Source of the DNA: Chrysomallon squamiferum
Taxonomy: Eukaryota > Animalia > Mollusca
Assembly (NCBI GenBank): GCA_012295275.1
Contig: CM022672.1
Coordinates: 15,624,001-15,688,000 of the forward strand
Length of the DNA stretch: 64,000 nt
Reading direction: 5' to 3'
Both the position numbers and the translations under genes were made by a program. Under the pieces are notes generated by a model. The model did no database searches. It was not told the DNA's origin and saw nothing but the letters and a program-made list of their open reading frames with translations. Shown one piece after another: positions 63,737-64,000 of the stretch. Position 1 is the stretch's first letter. Every line of letters starts with the position of its first letter.

Positions 63737-64000
63737 CTAGTCGATCAAGTTTTGTATCCAAAGCTGGTCTCCGCTGTCATTTTTCTGAATTGTGACATTT
63801 CCGCTAACGTTTTTGGGTGCGTTGTGAGCACACTTTTTTTTGTGCCTCTCGAGTCCAGAACGCCACGAAAATACAGCACCACACATACACCGATAAGACC
63901 TGTTTATATGCTTTGAGTTTATGTGGTCCAGTAACATGGAGTTACAAGTGTATGATTTATCACACATATCACAGGAATAATTTTTGGGCACGCGATTGGC
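63737..64000 (-). CDS. Zinc-finger coding exon, 5'-partial (C2H2 plus CxC-HC finger), ending in its own TAG
   Basis: YSCDMCDKSY..LLDHINSKH-INRSYRCMCGAVFSWRSGLERHKKKC; frame open to the window edge. Confidence 0.85.
   Translation of the reverse strand, partial: ANRVPKNYSCDMCDKSYTCNSMLLDHINSKHINRSYRCMCGAVFSWRSGLERHKKKCAHNAPKNVSGNVTIQKNDSGDQLWIQNLID

Noticed and set aside
1-64000. CRISPR arrays, tRNA or rRNA genes, prokaryotic operons
   Set aside because: None seen; the window is intron-rich eukaryotic DNA and the only tRNA-related sequence is the LTR primer binding site

Overview
AT-rich eukaryotic (animal) genomic DNA with spliceosomal introns and many microsatellites; repeat content suggests a mollusc, but that is inference. 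Most of the window (~12.1-57 kb, minus strand) is one PPIP5K/VIP1 gene (inositol pyrophosphate kinase plus histidine-phosphatase-like domain). I traced it by hand through GT-AG sites: 30 frame-consistent coding exons, 3978 nt, about 1325 aa, ATG 56396 to TAA 12086. The gene has a clear pair of duplicated, mutually exclusive exons (50353-50438 and 48856-48935). It also has several frame-preserving phase-1 cassette exons and candidate 6-24 nt microexons in loops of the phosphatase domain and the C-terminal tail. A deleted Gypsy-type LTR retrotransposon (57560-60232; TATA TSD, PBS, PPT, integrase remnant) sits just upstream of the gene, and a 1.2-kb long-TIR DNA transposon lies in an intron. The right end holds two minus-strand zinc-finger coding segments that each end in their own stop, consistent with alternative terminal exons. 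The left end holds a 299-aa ORF with a C-terminal coiled coil and a small-exon + strand gene candidate with a tandem exon duplication. All coordinates were read by eye; no searches were run.
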